64,000 nucleotides of DNA, taken from assembly GCA_965220745.1 (NCBI GenBank), contig CBDCQT010000012.1, forward strand, positions 576,001 through 640,000, in the 5' to 3' direction. Numbering within the stretch: position 1 is the stretch's first letter; every line of letters begins with the position of its first letter. Of the stretch, positions 10,254-20,885 are shown piece by piece. The stretch is from Alphaproteobacteria bacterium. GTDB lineage: Bacteria; Pseudomonadota; Alphaproteobacteria; UBA828. The translations under genes and the position numbers were made by a program. The notes beneath the pieces are model-generated. The model was not told the DNA's origin. It was given only the letters and a program-made list of their open reading frames with translations, and made no database searches.

Positions 10254-11651
10254 ATGTCGCTCGATCAGGCCCAGAACATCTCGCTGGAGGAGCTCGACAA
10301 GCAGGTCCTGCTCCACCCGGTCACCTCCATCGCCGAGCATCAGGACGCTGGTCCCGTCATCTACGGCAAGAGCGGTGGGGTGAAGGTCTACGACCGCCAG
10401 GGCAAGGGCTACATCGACGCCGCCGCGGCGCTCTGGTGCGTCAACATCGGCTACGGGCGGACCAGGCTCGCCGAGGTCGCGGCCGAGGAGATGGCGCGCA
10501 TCGGCTTCTTCCACACCTTCGGCGCCGCCTCCAACGAGCCGCAGATCAGGCTCGCCGAGAAGCTGCTCTCGCTGCTGCACGAGCACGCCGACTGCCACCA
10601 CATCGGCAAGGTGTTCTTCGGCCTCTCGGGCTCGGACGGGAACGACACGCAGTTCAAGCTGGTCCGCTATTACAACAACCTGCGCGGCCGGCCCGAGAAG
10701 AAGAAGATCATCTCGCGCCTCGGCGCCTATCACGGCGTCACCGGCGCGGCGGGCAGCCTCACCGGCATTCCGCTCTACCACAAGGCCTTCGACCTGCCCT
10801 TCGAGGGCGTGCTGCACACTGATTGCCCGCACTACTGGCGGGAAGGCCTGGAGGGCGAGAGCGAAGAGGAGTTCGCTGACCGCATGGCCGCATCGCTCGA
10901 AGCCATGATCGAGCGGGAAGGGCCCGAGACCATCGCAGCCTTCATCGCGGAGCCGGTGATGGGCACCGGCGGCGTGATCATTCCGGGCGGCGGCTACTAC
11001 GACAAGGTGCAGGCGATCCTGAAGAAGCACGACATCCTCTTCATCACGGACGAGGTGATCTGCGGCTTCGGGCGCCTCGGCACCTGGTTCGGCGCAAGCT
11101 ACTTCGGGCTCAAGCCGGACATGATGACCTTCGCCAAGGGGCTCACCAGCGCCTACTTCCCGATGTCGGCGGTCGCGATATCGGACGAGGTCTGGCAGGT
11201 GCTGGCGGACGGCACGGCCGAGGTCGGCATGTTCGCCCACGGCTTCACCTATTCGGGCCACCCGGTGGGTGGCGCCGTCGGCCTCGCCAACCTGGAGATC
11301 ATGGAGTCCGAGAACCTGGTCGCCAACGCGGCCGAGGTCGGCCCCTACTTCAAGCAGTGCCTGATGGAGCGGGTGGGCGATCACCCCAACGTGGGTGACA
11401 TCCGCGGCGCGGGCCTCATGCTGGGCGTCGAGTACGCCGCCGAGCGCGGGAGCAAGGCCGCGCCTGACATGACCCCACCGGCGCATCGGCGGGTCTCGGC
11501 CGCAGCGCAAGAGCGAGGGATGCTCACGCGCGCGATGCCGTTCCTGCCGGTCAACGCGTTCTCGCCGCCGCTCACCTTCTCTAAGGCCGATGTCGACGAG
11601 ACCGTCGGCATCTTCGGCGAGGCTGTGGAAAGCGTCTTCGGCAAGGGCTGA
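10254..11651 (+). CDS. Class III (omega-amino acid-type) PLP aminotransferase
   Basis: [52 protein letters not shown]. Confidence 0.92.
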   Translation: MSLDQAQNISLEELDKQVLLHPVTSIAEHQDAGPVIYGKSGGVKVYDRQGKGYIDAAAALWCVNIGYGRTRLAEVAAEEMARIGFFHTFGAASNEPQIRLAEKLLSLLHEHADCHHIGKVFFGLSGSDGNDTQFKLVRYYNNLRGRPEKKKIISRLGAYHGVTGAAGSLTGIPLYHKAFDLPFEGVLHTDCPHYWREGLEGESEEEFADRMAASLEAMIEREGPETIAAFIAEPVMGTGGVIIPGGGYYDKVQAILKKHDILFITDEVICGFGRLGTWFGASYFGLKPDMMTFAKGLTSAYFPMSAVAISDEVWQVLADGTAEVGMFAHGFTYSGHPVGGAVGLANLEIMESENLVANAAEVGPYFKQCLMERVGDHPNVGDIRGAGLMLGVEYAAERGSKAAPDMTPPAHRRVSAAAQERGMLTRAMPFLPVNAFSPPLTFSKADVDETVGIFGEAVESVFGKG

Positions 11652-11675
11652 GCCCTCGTTCATAGGGGCTCCGCC

Positions 11676-13748
11676 GTGGGCTTTCGCATCTCCGTCGATA
11701 CCGGCGGCACCTTTACCGATGTCGTGGCCGGGGGCGACGGGCGGGAGGTGGTCGGCAAGGCGCCGACCACGCCCGACCGCATCTTCGTCGGCATGCAGGG
11801 CGCGCTGGAGAACGCGGCCGAGCAGCTTGACCTGAGCCTGCCCCAACTGCTCGGCGAGACCGATCTCCTGATCTACGGCACGACGCGGGCCACCAACGCG
11901 ATCGTGCAGGGCGCGGTCGCCAAGACGGCGTTCCTGGTCACCGCCGGCTTCCCCGACATCCTTGTGCTCAAGGAAGGCGGCAAGCACGGGGTCCACGACT
12001 TCGAGACCGACTACCCGGACCCCTACATCCCGCAGGCCCACACCTTCGAGATCGACGAGCGCATCGATTCCGAGGGCGGCGTGGTGACGCCGCTCGACCG
12101 TGAGCAGGCCCGCGCGGCGCTTGCGCTGGTCGAGGAGCGGGGCTTTGAGGCGGTCGCCGTCTGCCTGCTGTGGGCGGTCGCGAACCCCGCGCATGAGCAG
12201 GCGCTCGCCGCGCTGATCGAGGAGGTTCTCCCCGGCGTCCCGTACACGCTCTCGCACCGGCTGATCCCCATCGTGCGCGAGTACCGGCGCGCGTCGGCGA
12301 CCGCCATCGACGCCTCGCTCAAGCCGCTGATGCAGGCGCACCTGCAAGGCATGGAGGACGATCTGCGCGCAGCCGGTTGCAAGGGGGAGATTTTGGTGAG
12401 CACCTCCGTCGGCGGCTGCATGCACGTAGAGGAGCTGGTCGAGCGCCCCATCCATACGGTCAAGTCGGGCCCCGCCATGGCGCCGGTGGCGGCACTGGCC
12501 TACTCGCAGATGGAAGGCTTCGGCGACGATGTGATCGTCTGCGACACGGGCGGCACCACCTTCGATGTCGGCCTGGTGCGCGACGGCGCGGTGAAGCAGA
12601 CCCGCGAGACCTGGATCGGCGGTCTGTGGACCGGCCATATCCTCGCGATCTCTTCGGTCGACGTGCGCAGCATCGGCGCCGGCGGTGGCTCCATCGCCTG
12701 GATCGATCCGGGCGGCCTGCTCCGGGTGGGCCCGCGCAGTGCGGGCGCGGTGCCGGGGCCGGCCTGCTACGGCGCCGGCGGCACCGAGCCCACGGTCACC
12801 GATGCGGCCTTGCTGCTGGGTTATCTCGACCCGGACTACTTCCTCGGCGGGCGGCTCGCGCTCGACGAAGGCGCGGCCCGGCACGCGGTCGGCGCGCTCG
12901 CCGATCGTCTCGGCAAGTCTCTCGACGACGGGGCGCACGCCATCATGAGCCTCGCCAACGAGCTGATGATCAAGGCGATCCAGGACATCACCGTGACCGA
13001 GGGCTTCAATCCGCGCGAATGCACGCTGGTCGCTGGCGGCGGCGCGGCCGGCCTCGGCGTCATGGCGATCGCAGGCGAGCTCGGCTGCGAGCGGGTGATC
13101 CTGCCGCGCACCGCCGCCGTGCTCAGCGCCTGCGGAATGCAGGTCTCCGACGTGATTCACGAGCACTCGGCGAGCATGGTCACGCGCTCAGCCGGCTTCG
13201 ACTTCGAGGGCGTGAACGCCGTGCTCGAGTCGATCGACGCCGAGCTCGAGCGCTTCGCCGCGACGCTGGGCGAGCGCGGGCTCGAGACCATGCGGATCGA
13301 GCGCTTCGTCGAGGCGCGCTACCTGTTTCAGGTGTGGGAGCTCGACGTGGCGCTGCCGGTCGAGCGCTTCGAGACCGAGCGCGATGTCGCGGCTCTGGTC
13401 GAGCGCTTCCACGCCACGCACGAGCAGGTCTTCGCCGTGCGCGATCCCGACAGCATCCTCGAATGCCTCAATTGGAAGGGGCGGGTCTCCGTCGGCCTCG
13501 ACGCAGCCGCCCGTCCGCCGTCGATTGCCGGCGCCGGCGGGCCGCCGGAGCCGGACAGCCGCCGGCCCGCCTATTTCGGTGGCGGCGCGCGTGTGGACAC
13601 GCCGATCTATCTCGGCCGCAACCTGAGCCCCGGCGCCGCGATCGAAGGGCCCGCGATCATCGAGGAGCCGACCACCACCATCGTGGTCGATCCCGGCACG
13701 CGGACCTGGCTGAGCGAAGCCGGCAACTTCATCCTGGAGGCCCGCTGA
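11676..13748 (+). CDS. Hydantoinase A / 5-oxoprolinase family ATP-binding subunit
   Basis: VDTGGTFTD, GTTRATNA, SGPAMAP, DTGGTTFDV, SIGAGGGS, GPACYG, PTVTDA. Confidence 0.92.
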   Translation: MGFRISVDTGGTFTDVVAGGDGREVVGKAPTTPDRIFVGMQGALENAAEQLDLSLPQLLGETDLLIYGTTRATNAIVQGAVAKTAFLVTAGFPDILVLKEGGKHGVHDFETDYPDPYIPQAHTFEIDERIDSEGGVVTPLDREQARAALALVEERGFEAVAVCLLWAVANPAHEQALAALIEEVLPGVPYTLSHRLIPIVREYRRASATAIDASLKPLMQAHLQGMEDDLRAAGCKGEILVSTSVGGCMHVEELVERPIHTVKSGPAMAPVAALAYSQMEGFGDDVIVCDTGGTTFDVGLVRDGAVKQTRETWIGGLWTGHILAISSVDVRSIGAGGGSIAWIDPGGLLRVGPRSAGAVPGPACYGAGGTEPTVTDAALLLGYLDPDYFLGGRLALDEGAARHAVGALADRLGKSLDDGAHAIMSLANELMIKAIQDITVTEGFNPRECTLVAGGGAAGLGVMAIAGELGCERVILPRTAAVLSACGMQVSDVIHEHSASMVTRSAGFDFEGVNAVLESIDAELERFAATLGERGLETMRIERFVEARYLFQVWELDVALPVERFETERDVAALVERFHATHEQVFAVRDPDSILECLNWKGRVSVGLDAAARPPSIAGAGGPPEPDSRRPAYFGGGARVDTPIYLGRNLSPGAAIEGPAIIEEPTTTIVVDPGTRTWLSEAGNFILEAR

Positions 13749-13749
13749 G

Positions 13750-15540
13750 ATGTCATCGCCCGAACCCGCGCCGGGGACTCTCGACCCGGTCCTTCTTTCG
13801 GTGCTCTCCAACCGGCTCGACGGCATCGTGCGCGAGATGTCGAACACGCTGCTCAAGGCCGCGCGCTCGGCCGTGATCGCGGTGGCGCGGGACTTTTCCT
13901 GCGCGATCTGCACCGGCGACAACGAGCTGTTGGCGACGGCGGAGGGCCTGCCGGTCCATATCTTCGGCTCGCACCTGCAGACTCGGGCGATGACCGACCT
14001 GCACGACGATCTCGCCGAGGGTGACGCCTTCCTCCACAACGACCCCTACCTCGGCAACACCCACCCGGCCGACCACGCGGTGCTGGTGCCCGTCTTCATC
14101 GACGGCGAGCACCTGTTCACCGCCTGCGCCAAGGGCCACCAGGCGGACATCGGCAACAGCATCCCCACCACCTATCACGCCGCGGCGAAGGACGTTTACG
14201 AGGAGGGCTCGCTGATCTTCCCCTGCGTCCGCGTGCAGCGCGACTACGAGATGGTGGACGACGTGATCCGCATGTGCCGCCGGCGCATCCGGGTGCCGGA
14301 GCAGTGGTACGGCGACTTCCTGGCCGAACTCGGGGCTGCGCGCATCGCCGAGCGGCGCCTGAAGGAGCTCTGCGCCAAGTACGGCAAGGAGACCATCAAG
14401 ACCTTCATCCGCGAGTGGTTCGACTATTCCGAGCGGCGCATGGTGCAGGCGATCAAGGAGCTGCCGAAGGCCGAGGTCGAGGCGGAGGGCGCGCACGATC
14501 CCTTCGAGCCCTTCCTGCCCGACGGCATCCAGATCAAGGTCCAGCTCCGCATCGATCCCGACGATGGCCGGGTCACCATCGACCTCCGCGACAACATCGA
14601 CTGTCTCGACTGCGGCCTCAACGAATCGGAGGCCTGCGCGATCAACAACGTCGTGGCCGGCCTCTTCAACTGCCTGGGGCCCGAGATACCCCACAACGGC
14701 GGGTCGTTCCGTCGCGTGGACGTGCTGCTGCGGGACGGCTGCGTGGTCGGTCGCCCGTCCTTCCCCCATTCCACCTCGATGGCGACCACCAACGTCGCCG
14801 ACCGCCTAGTCAACATCACCCACTCGGCGATGGCCCGGCTGGGCGACGGCTACGGCCTGGCGGAAGGCGGCAGCGCCATGGGCTCAGGCGGCGCAGTCAT
14901 CAGCGGCCCGGACTTCAGGCGCGGCGGCGATCCCTACATCAACCAGCTCATGATGCTGGTGAACGGCGGCCCCGCCGGGCCCAAGGCCGACGGCTGGGTC
15001 ACTTACGTGCTGCCGGTGGTCTCCGGCCTCATGTATAGGGACAGCATCGAGCTCGCCGAGGTGAAGCACCCGATGCTGTTCAGGACCGTGCGCCTCATGC
15101 CCGGCACCGGCGGTGCCGGTCGCCATCGCGGCGGCCCCGCCTGCGAGGTGGTCTACGGGCCGCGCGAGGACCCGATGACGGTGGTGATCCCCTCCGATTG
15201 TCAGGTCAACCCGGCGCGGGGCGCCCAGGGCGGCCACGACGGCGCGCCGGCGATCCAGTACAGGGTCGGCGCCAACGGCGACGAGACGCTGCTGCCCAAC
15301 GTCGTGCAGCTTGCCCTGCAACCGGGCGAGATGATTCGCGGCTTCGATGCGGGGGGCGGCGGATACGGCGACCCGATGGAGCGCGATCCGGAGCGGGTGC
15401 GCATGGATGTCGCGCGCGGCTGGGAGACGCTGGAACGCGCCCGTGAGGTCTACGGAGTCGTGCTCACCGGGGACCGCGAAACCGACTCACTGGCGGTAGA
15501 TCAGGCGGCGACTGACGCCCTGCGAGCCACCGCTTCTTGA
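13750..15540 (+). CDS. Hydantoinase B / oxoprolinase family subunit
   Basis: RDFSCAI, HNDPYLGNTHPAD, HQADIG, GGAGRHRGG, GGGGYGDP. Confidence 0.92.
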   Translation: MSSPEPAPGTLDPVLLSVLSNRLDGIVREMSNTLLKAARSAVIAVARDFSCAICTGDNELLATAEGLPVHIFGSHLQTRAMTDLHDDLAEGDAFLHNDPYLGNTHPADHAVLVPVFIDGEHLFTACAKGHQADIGNSIPTTYHAAAKDVYEEGSLIFPCVRVQRDYEMVDDVIRMCRRRIRVPEQWYGDFLAELGAARIAERRLKELCAKYGKETIKTFIREWFDYSERRMVQAIKELPKAEVEAEGAHDPFEPFLPDGIQIKVQLRIDPDDGRVTIDLRDNIDCLDCGLNESEACAINNVVAGLFNCLGPEIPHNGGSFRRVDVLLRDGCVVGRPSFPHSTSMATTNVADRLVNITHSAMARLGDGYGLAEGGSAMGSGGAVISGPDFRRGGDPYINQLMMLVNGGPAGPKADGWVTYVLPVVSGLMYRDSIELAEVKHPMLFRTVRLMPGTGGAGRHRGGPACEVVYGPREDPMTVVIPSDCQVNPARGAQGGHDGAPAIQYRVGANGDETLLPNVVQLALQPGEMIRGFDAGGGGYGDPMERDPERVRMDVARGWETLERAREVYGVVLTGDRETDSLAVDQAATDALRATAS

Positions 15541-15607
15541 GGCGTCGTCTCCTCGCGCTGGCTCCACTCTTTCGGGGTACTGTGACGGCAAGATCGGGGT
15601 GCGAAGA

Positions 15608-16249
15608 ATGACGAGCATGGTGACGGGTCTGAGGATGCCGAGGAGCGCCATCGCAGCAGCCACGACGTGCATTCTCGCTCTGGCGGCGTTGCTCGCGCTT
15701 GGCGGTTGCGGCGCCGGGCCACTCTCCCCCATGGACGAGCCCACGCGGGCCGTCGGCGACGTAGAGGTCTGGAAAAGCCGGACGGGAACGACCACTCACA
15801 CGCTCGTGGCGATCGAGACCGACTCGATTCGCTACGAGGTGGCGGAGAGCGGCTGCACCTACACAAGGCCGCGAGACGGCATCTCGCCATGGACGGCGTG
15901 GGAGAACTGCCGGCGCATTCCCGACGGCACTCAGACCGTCACACTGACTTCCGGGCAAGTGTGGCCGCTCGAGATCGGACGGACGTGGCGCTACCGCAGA
16001 GTCGGATTGGATGCGAGCGAGAATCAGTGGGATGAGGAGGTGCAGTGCAAGGTCACGAAGCAAAGGCGCGTGGAGCGCTCTGTCGGCTTCTTCCGTACAT
16101 TTTACACGATATGCGAGTCCGAGACCGAAAGGCGTGTTCTCTATATCTCGCCTGACCTCGGGCGGAGCATCCGAATCTGGTACACGCGCCTCGACCGGTC
16201 CGTGCCGCCCGAAAAGCGGGACTTGGTGCACTTCACACCCGGAAAATAG
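15608..16249 (+). CDS. Hypothetical lipoprotein (start uncertain: 15608/15617/15635)
   Basis: Hydrophobic stretch ending in lipobox LALGGC; beta-rich, Cys-containing mature part; fills the gap before petA. Confidence 0.65.
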   Translation: MTSMVTGLRMPRSAIAAATTCILALAALLALGGCGAGPLSPMDEPTRAVGDVEVWKSRTGTTTHTLVAIETDSIRYEVAESGCTYTRPRDGISPWTAWENCRRIPDGTQTVTLTSGQVWPLEIGRTWRYRRVGLDASENQWDEEVQCKVTKQRRVERSVGFFRTFYTICESETERRVLYISPDLGRSIRIWYTRLDRSVPPEKRDLVHFTPGK

Positions 16250-16407
16250 AGAGGCGGCGGCGCCCCCTTCTTAGCGTCTTGCCCTCGCCTACGGTGCGTG
16301 CTAACCCTGTCGCCGCTCGCGGCGACCGCCGCGAGCGTGTCGTGATGGTTGCTCGTTTCTAGGTTCCCGAAGGCAATCCCATCAGGCAGTTCGAAGGGGG
16401 TTCGACC

Positions 16408-16962
16408 ATGGCTGACGCCGCGCCGCCCACGGAAAGCTCGTCCGAGCACGCGGGCACGCGACGCGACTTCCTGGTGCTCGCGGCCGGCGCCATGGGGGGC
16501 ATGGCGGTCGTCGGCATCACCTGGCCGCTGATCGAGACCATGAACCCCTCGGCCGACGTGCTCGCGCTGGCGTCCACCGAAGTCGATCTTTCCGCCATCG
16601 AGGAAGGCCAGACCATCGTCGTGAAATGGCGCGGCCGGCCGGTCTTCGTGCGCTATCGCACGCCGGAAGAAATCGCCGCGGCGCAGGAGACACCGCTCGA
16701 CGACCTCTCCGACCCGCAGCCGGATTCGGAGCGGGCGCCGCAAGCGCAATGGCTGATCGTGGAAGGGGTGTGCACGCACCTCGGCTGCGTGCCGCTCGGC
16801 TCCAAGATCGGCGACCCGAGGGGCGAGTTCGGCGGCTGGTTCTGCCCCTGCCACGGCTCGCACTACGACACCTCAGGCCGCATCCGCAAGGGGCCGGCGC
16901 CGGCCAATCTTCCCGTGCCGAGCTACGAGTTCCTCGACGACGAACTGGTTCGGATCGGGTAG
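16408..16962 (+). CDS. petA: Ubiquinol-cytochrome c reductase Rieske iron-sulfur subunit
   Basis: TRRDFL Tat signal, [28 protein letters not shown]. Confidence 0.97.
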   Translation: MADAAPPTESSSEHAGTRRDFLVLAAGAMGGMAVVGITWPLIETMNPSADVLALASTEVDLSAIEEGQTIVVKWRGRPVFVRYRTPEEIAAAQETPLDDLSDPQPDSERAPQAQWLIVEGVCTHLGCVPLGSKIGDPRGEFGGWFCPCHGSHYDTSGRIRKGPAPANLPVPSYEFLDDELVRIG

Positions 16963-16975
16963 GGGACCGCGCCGG

Positions 16976-18262
16976 ATGACGACACCTGTACCGCAGAACC
17001 GCGTTGCCCAGTGGATCGAGTACCGGCTGCCGGTCTTCAGTTGGACCAACAAGCACCTCATCGACTATCCGGCGCCGCGCAACCTGAACTACTGGTGGAA
17101 CTTCGGCTCCCTCGCCGGGATCATGCTGGTGGTGCAGATCATTACCGGCGTTGTGCTGGCGATGCACTACACGCCGCATGCCGATCACGCTTTCGATTCG
17201 GTCGAGCACATCATGCGCGACGTGGAGTGGGGCTGGCTCATGCGCTACCTCCACGCCAACGGCGCCTCGATGTTCTTCGCCGTGGTCTACATCCACCTCT
17301 TCCGCGGCCTCTACTACGGCTCCTACAAGTCGCCGCGCGAGATCCTGTGGTGGATGGGCGTCATCATCCTGCTGCTCATGATGGCGAGCGCCTTCATGGG
17401 CTACGTGCTGCCGTGGGGGCAGATGAGCTTCTGGGCGGCGACGGTGATCACCAACATGACCTCGGCGATCCCGTGGATCGGCGAGACGGTCGTCACCTGG
17501 CTGTGGGGCGGCTTCTCGGTCGACCACCCCACGCTCGTCCGCTTCTACGCGCTGCACTACCTGCTGCCGTTCGTGCTCTTCGGCGTGGTCTTCATCCACC
17601 TCTGGGCGCTGCACCACCGCAAGTCGAACAACCCGCTCGGCATCGATATCAAGAGCGAGAAGGACACCATCCCCTTCCACCCGTACTACACGGTGAAGGA
17701 TTCGTTCGGGATCGGGGTGATGATGTTCATCCTGCTGATCTTCACCTTCTACATGCCGAACGTGCTGGGCGAGGTCATCAACTACGAGAAGGCGAACCCG
17801 CTGCAGACGCCCGCGCACATCGTGCCGGAATGGTACTTCCTGCCGTTCTACGCGATTCTGCGCGCGATCCCCGACAAGCTCGGCGGCGTCGTGGCGATGG
17901 TCGCCTCGATCTTCATCCTCTTCATCCTGCCGTGGCTCGATTCGTCCCGGGTGCGAAGCGCGCGCTTCCGCCCGATCTACAAGTGGGCGTTCTGGGTCTT
18001 CGTCGTGGATTGCATCGCGCTCGGCTGGGTCGGCGCCAACACGCCCGAGGGCAATTTCATCTGGATCGGGCAGGTGACCACCGGCTACTACTTCGCGCAC
18101 TTCCTCATCATCGTGCCGCTCATCGGCAAGTTCGAGCGGCCCACGAAGCTGCCGGAGAGCATCCATCAGGCGGTGCTGAAAGGTGGGGGTGAGGACACGA
18201 CTGCTGCGGCGCCAGCGGATGCTGCGGCTGCGGCACCGGCGGCGTCCAGGGAGAAGACGTGA
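16976..18262 (+). CDS. petB: Cytochrome b (bc1 complex)
   Basis: [29 protein letters not shown]. Confidence 0.97.
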   Translation: MTTPVPQNRVAQWIEYRLPVFSWTNKHLIDYPAPRNLNYWWNFGSLAGIMLVVQIITGVVLAMHYTPHADHAFDSVEHIMRDVEWGWLMRYLHANGASMFFAVVYIHLFRGLYYGSYKSPREILWWMGVIILLLMMASAFMGYVLPWGQMSFWAATVITNMTSAIPWIGETVVTWLWGGFSVDHPTLVRFYALHYLLPFVLFGVVFIHLWALHHRKSNNPLGIDIKSEKDTIPFHPYYTVKDSFGIGVMMFILLIFTFYMPNVLGEVINYEKANPLQTPAHIVPEWYFLPFYAILRAIPDKLGGVVAMVASIFILFILPWLDSSRVRSARFRPIYKWAFWVFVVDCIALGWVGANTPEGNFIWIGQVTTGYYFAHFLIIVPLIGKFERPTKLPESIHQAVLKGGGEDTTAAAPADAAAAAPAASREKT

Positions 18263-19029
18263 TGCGCGGCGCCCTTCTCGCCGGGCTGATCGGTGCCTTC
18301 GCGCTCTTTGGCGGCAACGCAGCGCTCGCGGCCGGCGCCGCGCCGAACGTCCCGGATCAGGACTGGCAGCACGAAGGCGTCTTCGGCACCTTCGACCGGG
18401 GCGAGCTACAGCGCGGCTTCCAGGTCTTCCAGGAAGTCTGCTCCGCGTGTCATTCGCTCCAGTACATCGCCTTCCGCAACCTGGTGGAAATCGGCTTCAC
18501 CGAGGAGGAGGCCAAGGCGATCGCTGCGGAGTACGAGGTCGAGGACGGGCCCGACGACGAGGGCGAGATGTTCGACCGGCCCGCCCGGCTCTCCGACTAC
18601 TGGCCCTCGCCCTTCGCCAATGACAACGAGGCGCGGGCCGCCAACGGCGGCGCGCTGCCGCCCGACCTCTCGCTGATCATCAAGGCGCGTGAGGGCGGTC
18701 CGGACTACATCTACGCGCTGATGACCGGCTACGAGGAAGAGGCGCCGGAGGGCATGGAGCTTTCCGACGGCATGAACTTCAACCACTTCTTCCCAGGCCA
18801 GCAGATCGCCATGGTGGAGCCTCTCTACGACGAGGCGGTCGAATATGTCGACGGCACGCCCATGACCCTCGAGCAGCACGCGCGGGACGTGACCGCCTTC
18901 CTCTCCTGGACCGCGGAGCCGGAGCTGGAGGAGCGCAAGCAGACCGGCCTCAAGGTGCTGATCTTCGTCTTCGTGCTCACCGCAGTATTGTTCGTCATCT
19001 ACAGGCGCGTCTGGGCCAGGCTGCACTAG
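18262..19029 (+). CDS. petC: Cytochrome c1 (bc1 complex)
   Basis: LQRGFQVF, CSACH heme motif, PPDLS, C-terminal TM helix; TGATG coupling to petB. Confidence 0.96.
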   Translation: MRGALLAGLIGAFALFGGNAALAAGAAPNVPDQDWQHEGVFGTFDRGELQRGFQVFQEVCSACHSLQYIAFRNLVEIGFTEEEAKAIAAEYEVEDGPDDEGEMFDRPARLSDYWPSPFANDNEARAANGGALPPDLSLIIKAREGGPDYIYALMTGYEEEAPEGMELSDGMNFNHFFPGQQIAMVEPLYDEAVEYVDGTPMTLEQHARDVTAFLSWTAEPELEERKQTGLKVLIFVFVLTAVLFVIYRRVWARLH

Positions 19030-19106
19030 CGAATCGTCACACCCCCTCGTCGGGTCGGGCGTGACGGCGGGGCAGGCCGCCGGAACGAACGTGGAGGGAG
19101 TGAACC

Positions 19107-20813
19107 ATGGCCCAACCCACAGGCTCACAGCACACCGATCCAAAGAGCGATATTGATATCGCGCGGGCGGCCACCAAACGCCCGATCCTCGATCTCGCCC
19201 AGGACCGCCTCGGCATCGCGGCCGAGCATCTGGTCCCCTACGGCCACGACAAGGCGAAGATTACCCTCGACTACTTCGGCTCGCTGCAGGACCGGCCCGA
19301 CGGCAAGCTGATCCTGGTGACGGCGATCACGCCGACCCCGGCGGGCGAGGGCAAGACCACCACCACGGTCGGCCTCGGCGACGGCCTCAACCGGATCGGC
19401 AAGAAGGCCGTCATGGCGCTGCGGGAGCCGAGCCTCGGCCCCTGCTTTGGCGTCAAGGGTGGTGCGGCCGGCGGTGGCTACGCCCAGGTGGTGCCGATGG
19501 AGGACATCAACCTCCACTTCACCGGCGATTTCCACGCCATCGGCGCAGCCAACAACCTGCTCGCGGCGATGGTGGACAACCACATCTACTGGGGCAACAA
19601 GGCCGGCATCGATCCGCGCCGGGTGAGCTGGCGCCGCGTAGTCGACATGAACGATCGCGCCTTGCGCAGCGTGGTCTCGTCGCTCGGCGGCGTCGCCAAC
19701 GGCTTCCCACGCGAGGACGGCTTCGACATCACCGTCGCCTCCGAGGTGATGGCGATCTTCTGCCTCTCGCGCGACCTCGACGACCTGCGCGCGCGCCTCG
19801 GCAACATCGTGGTCGGGCTCACCCGCGAGCGCGAGCCGGTGCGCGCCAGCGCGGTGAACGCCGACGGCGCCATGACCGCGCTGCTCAAGGACGCGCTCGC
19901 GCCCAACCTGGTGCAGACGCTGGAGAACAACCCGGCGCTCATCCACGGCGGCCCGTTCGCCAACATCGCCCACGGCTGCAACTCGGTGATCGCGACCAGG
20001 GCCGCGCTCAAGCTCGCCGACTACGTGGTGACGGAGGCCGGCTTCGGCGCCGATCTCGGGGCCGAGAAATTCTTCGACATCAAGTGCCGGAAGGCTGGAT
20101 TGGCGCCGGATTGCGCGGTGATCGTGGCGACCATCCGTGCGCTCAAGATGCACGGCGGCGTCGCGCGGGGCGACCTCGGCAGTGAGAATCTGGAGGCGCT
20201 GGCGGAGGGCATGGAGAATCTGGCCCGGCACGTGCGAAACGTCCAAAGCTATGGCGTGCCGGCGGTGGTGGCGATCAACCGCTTCTCCGCCGACACCGAG
20301 GCCGAGCGCGCGTTGGTAGCGGAGCGCTGTGCCGAGATGGGCGTCACCGCGGTGGAGTGCGATCACTGGGCCATGGGCGGCGCCGGCTGCGAGGCGCTGG
20401 CGCACGAGGTGGTAGGCACGATCGCTTCGAAGCCCTCGTCGTTCCAGCCGCTCTATCCGGACGATCTCACGCTCTGGGAGAAGATCGAGGCCGTCGCCAA
20501 GCGGATCTACGGCGCCGACGGCATCACGGCGGACGCGGCCGTCAGCCGGCGGCTCGACGAGCTCCAGGCCGGCGGCTTCGGGCACTTCCCCGTGTGCATG
20601 GCGAAGACGCAGTACAGCTTCTCGGCCGATGCGGGGCTCAAGAACGCGCCCAGCGGCTTCGAGGTGCCGATTCGCGAGGTGCGGCTCTCGGGCGGCGCCG
20701 AGTTCGTGGTGGTGATCTGCGGCGCGATCATGACCATGCCGGGGCTGCCGCGCGTGCCCGCCGCCGACAACATCGCCGTCGACGAGAACGGCCACATTAC
20801 CGGGTTGTTCTAG
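19107..20813 (+). CDS. fhs: Formate--tetrahydrofolate ligase
   Basis: [57 protein letters not shown]. Confidence 0.97.
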   Translation: MAQPTGSQHTDPKSDIDIARAATKRPILDLAQDRLGIAAEHLVPYGHDKAKITLDYFGSLQDRPDGKLILVTAITPTPAGEGKTTTTVGLGDGLNRIGKKAVMALREPSLGPCFGVKGGAAGGGYAQVVPMEDINLHFTGDFHAIGAANNLLAAMVDNHIYWGNKAGIDPRRVSWRRVVDMNDRALRSVVSSLGGVANGFPREDGFDITVASEVMAIFCLSRDLDDLRARLGNIVVGLTREREPVRASAVNADGAMTALLKDALAPNLVQTLENNPALIHGGPFANIAHGCNSVIATRAALKLADYVVTEAGFGADLGAEKFFDIKCRKAGLAPDCAVIVATIRALKMHGGVARGDLGSENLEALAEGMENLARHVRNVQSYGVPAVVAINRFSADTEAERALVAERCAEMGVTAVECDHWAMGGAGCEALAHEVVGTIASKPSSFQPLYPDDLTLWEKIEAVAKRIYGADGITADAAVSRRLDELQAGGFGHFPVCMAKTQYSFSADAGLKNAPSGFEVPIREVRLSGGAEFVVVICGAIMTMPGLPRVPAADNIAVDENGHITGLF

Positions 20814-20885
20814 CTCTCAGGCACCATTGTCGCGTGGCCGGCATCAGCGCGGCCCGGTCGCCATGGTTGGGTTGCTGGGAGAAAG

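Noticed and set aside
10236-13166. 976-aa minus-strand ORF, and similar long antisense ORFs (2740..4317, 19125..20795, 37860..40130, 46563..48215, 62058..63521)
   Set aside because: They lie opposite well-supported genes and have no recognisable motifs; long stop-free antisense frames are expected in high-GC DNA
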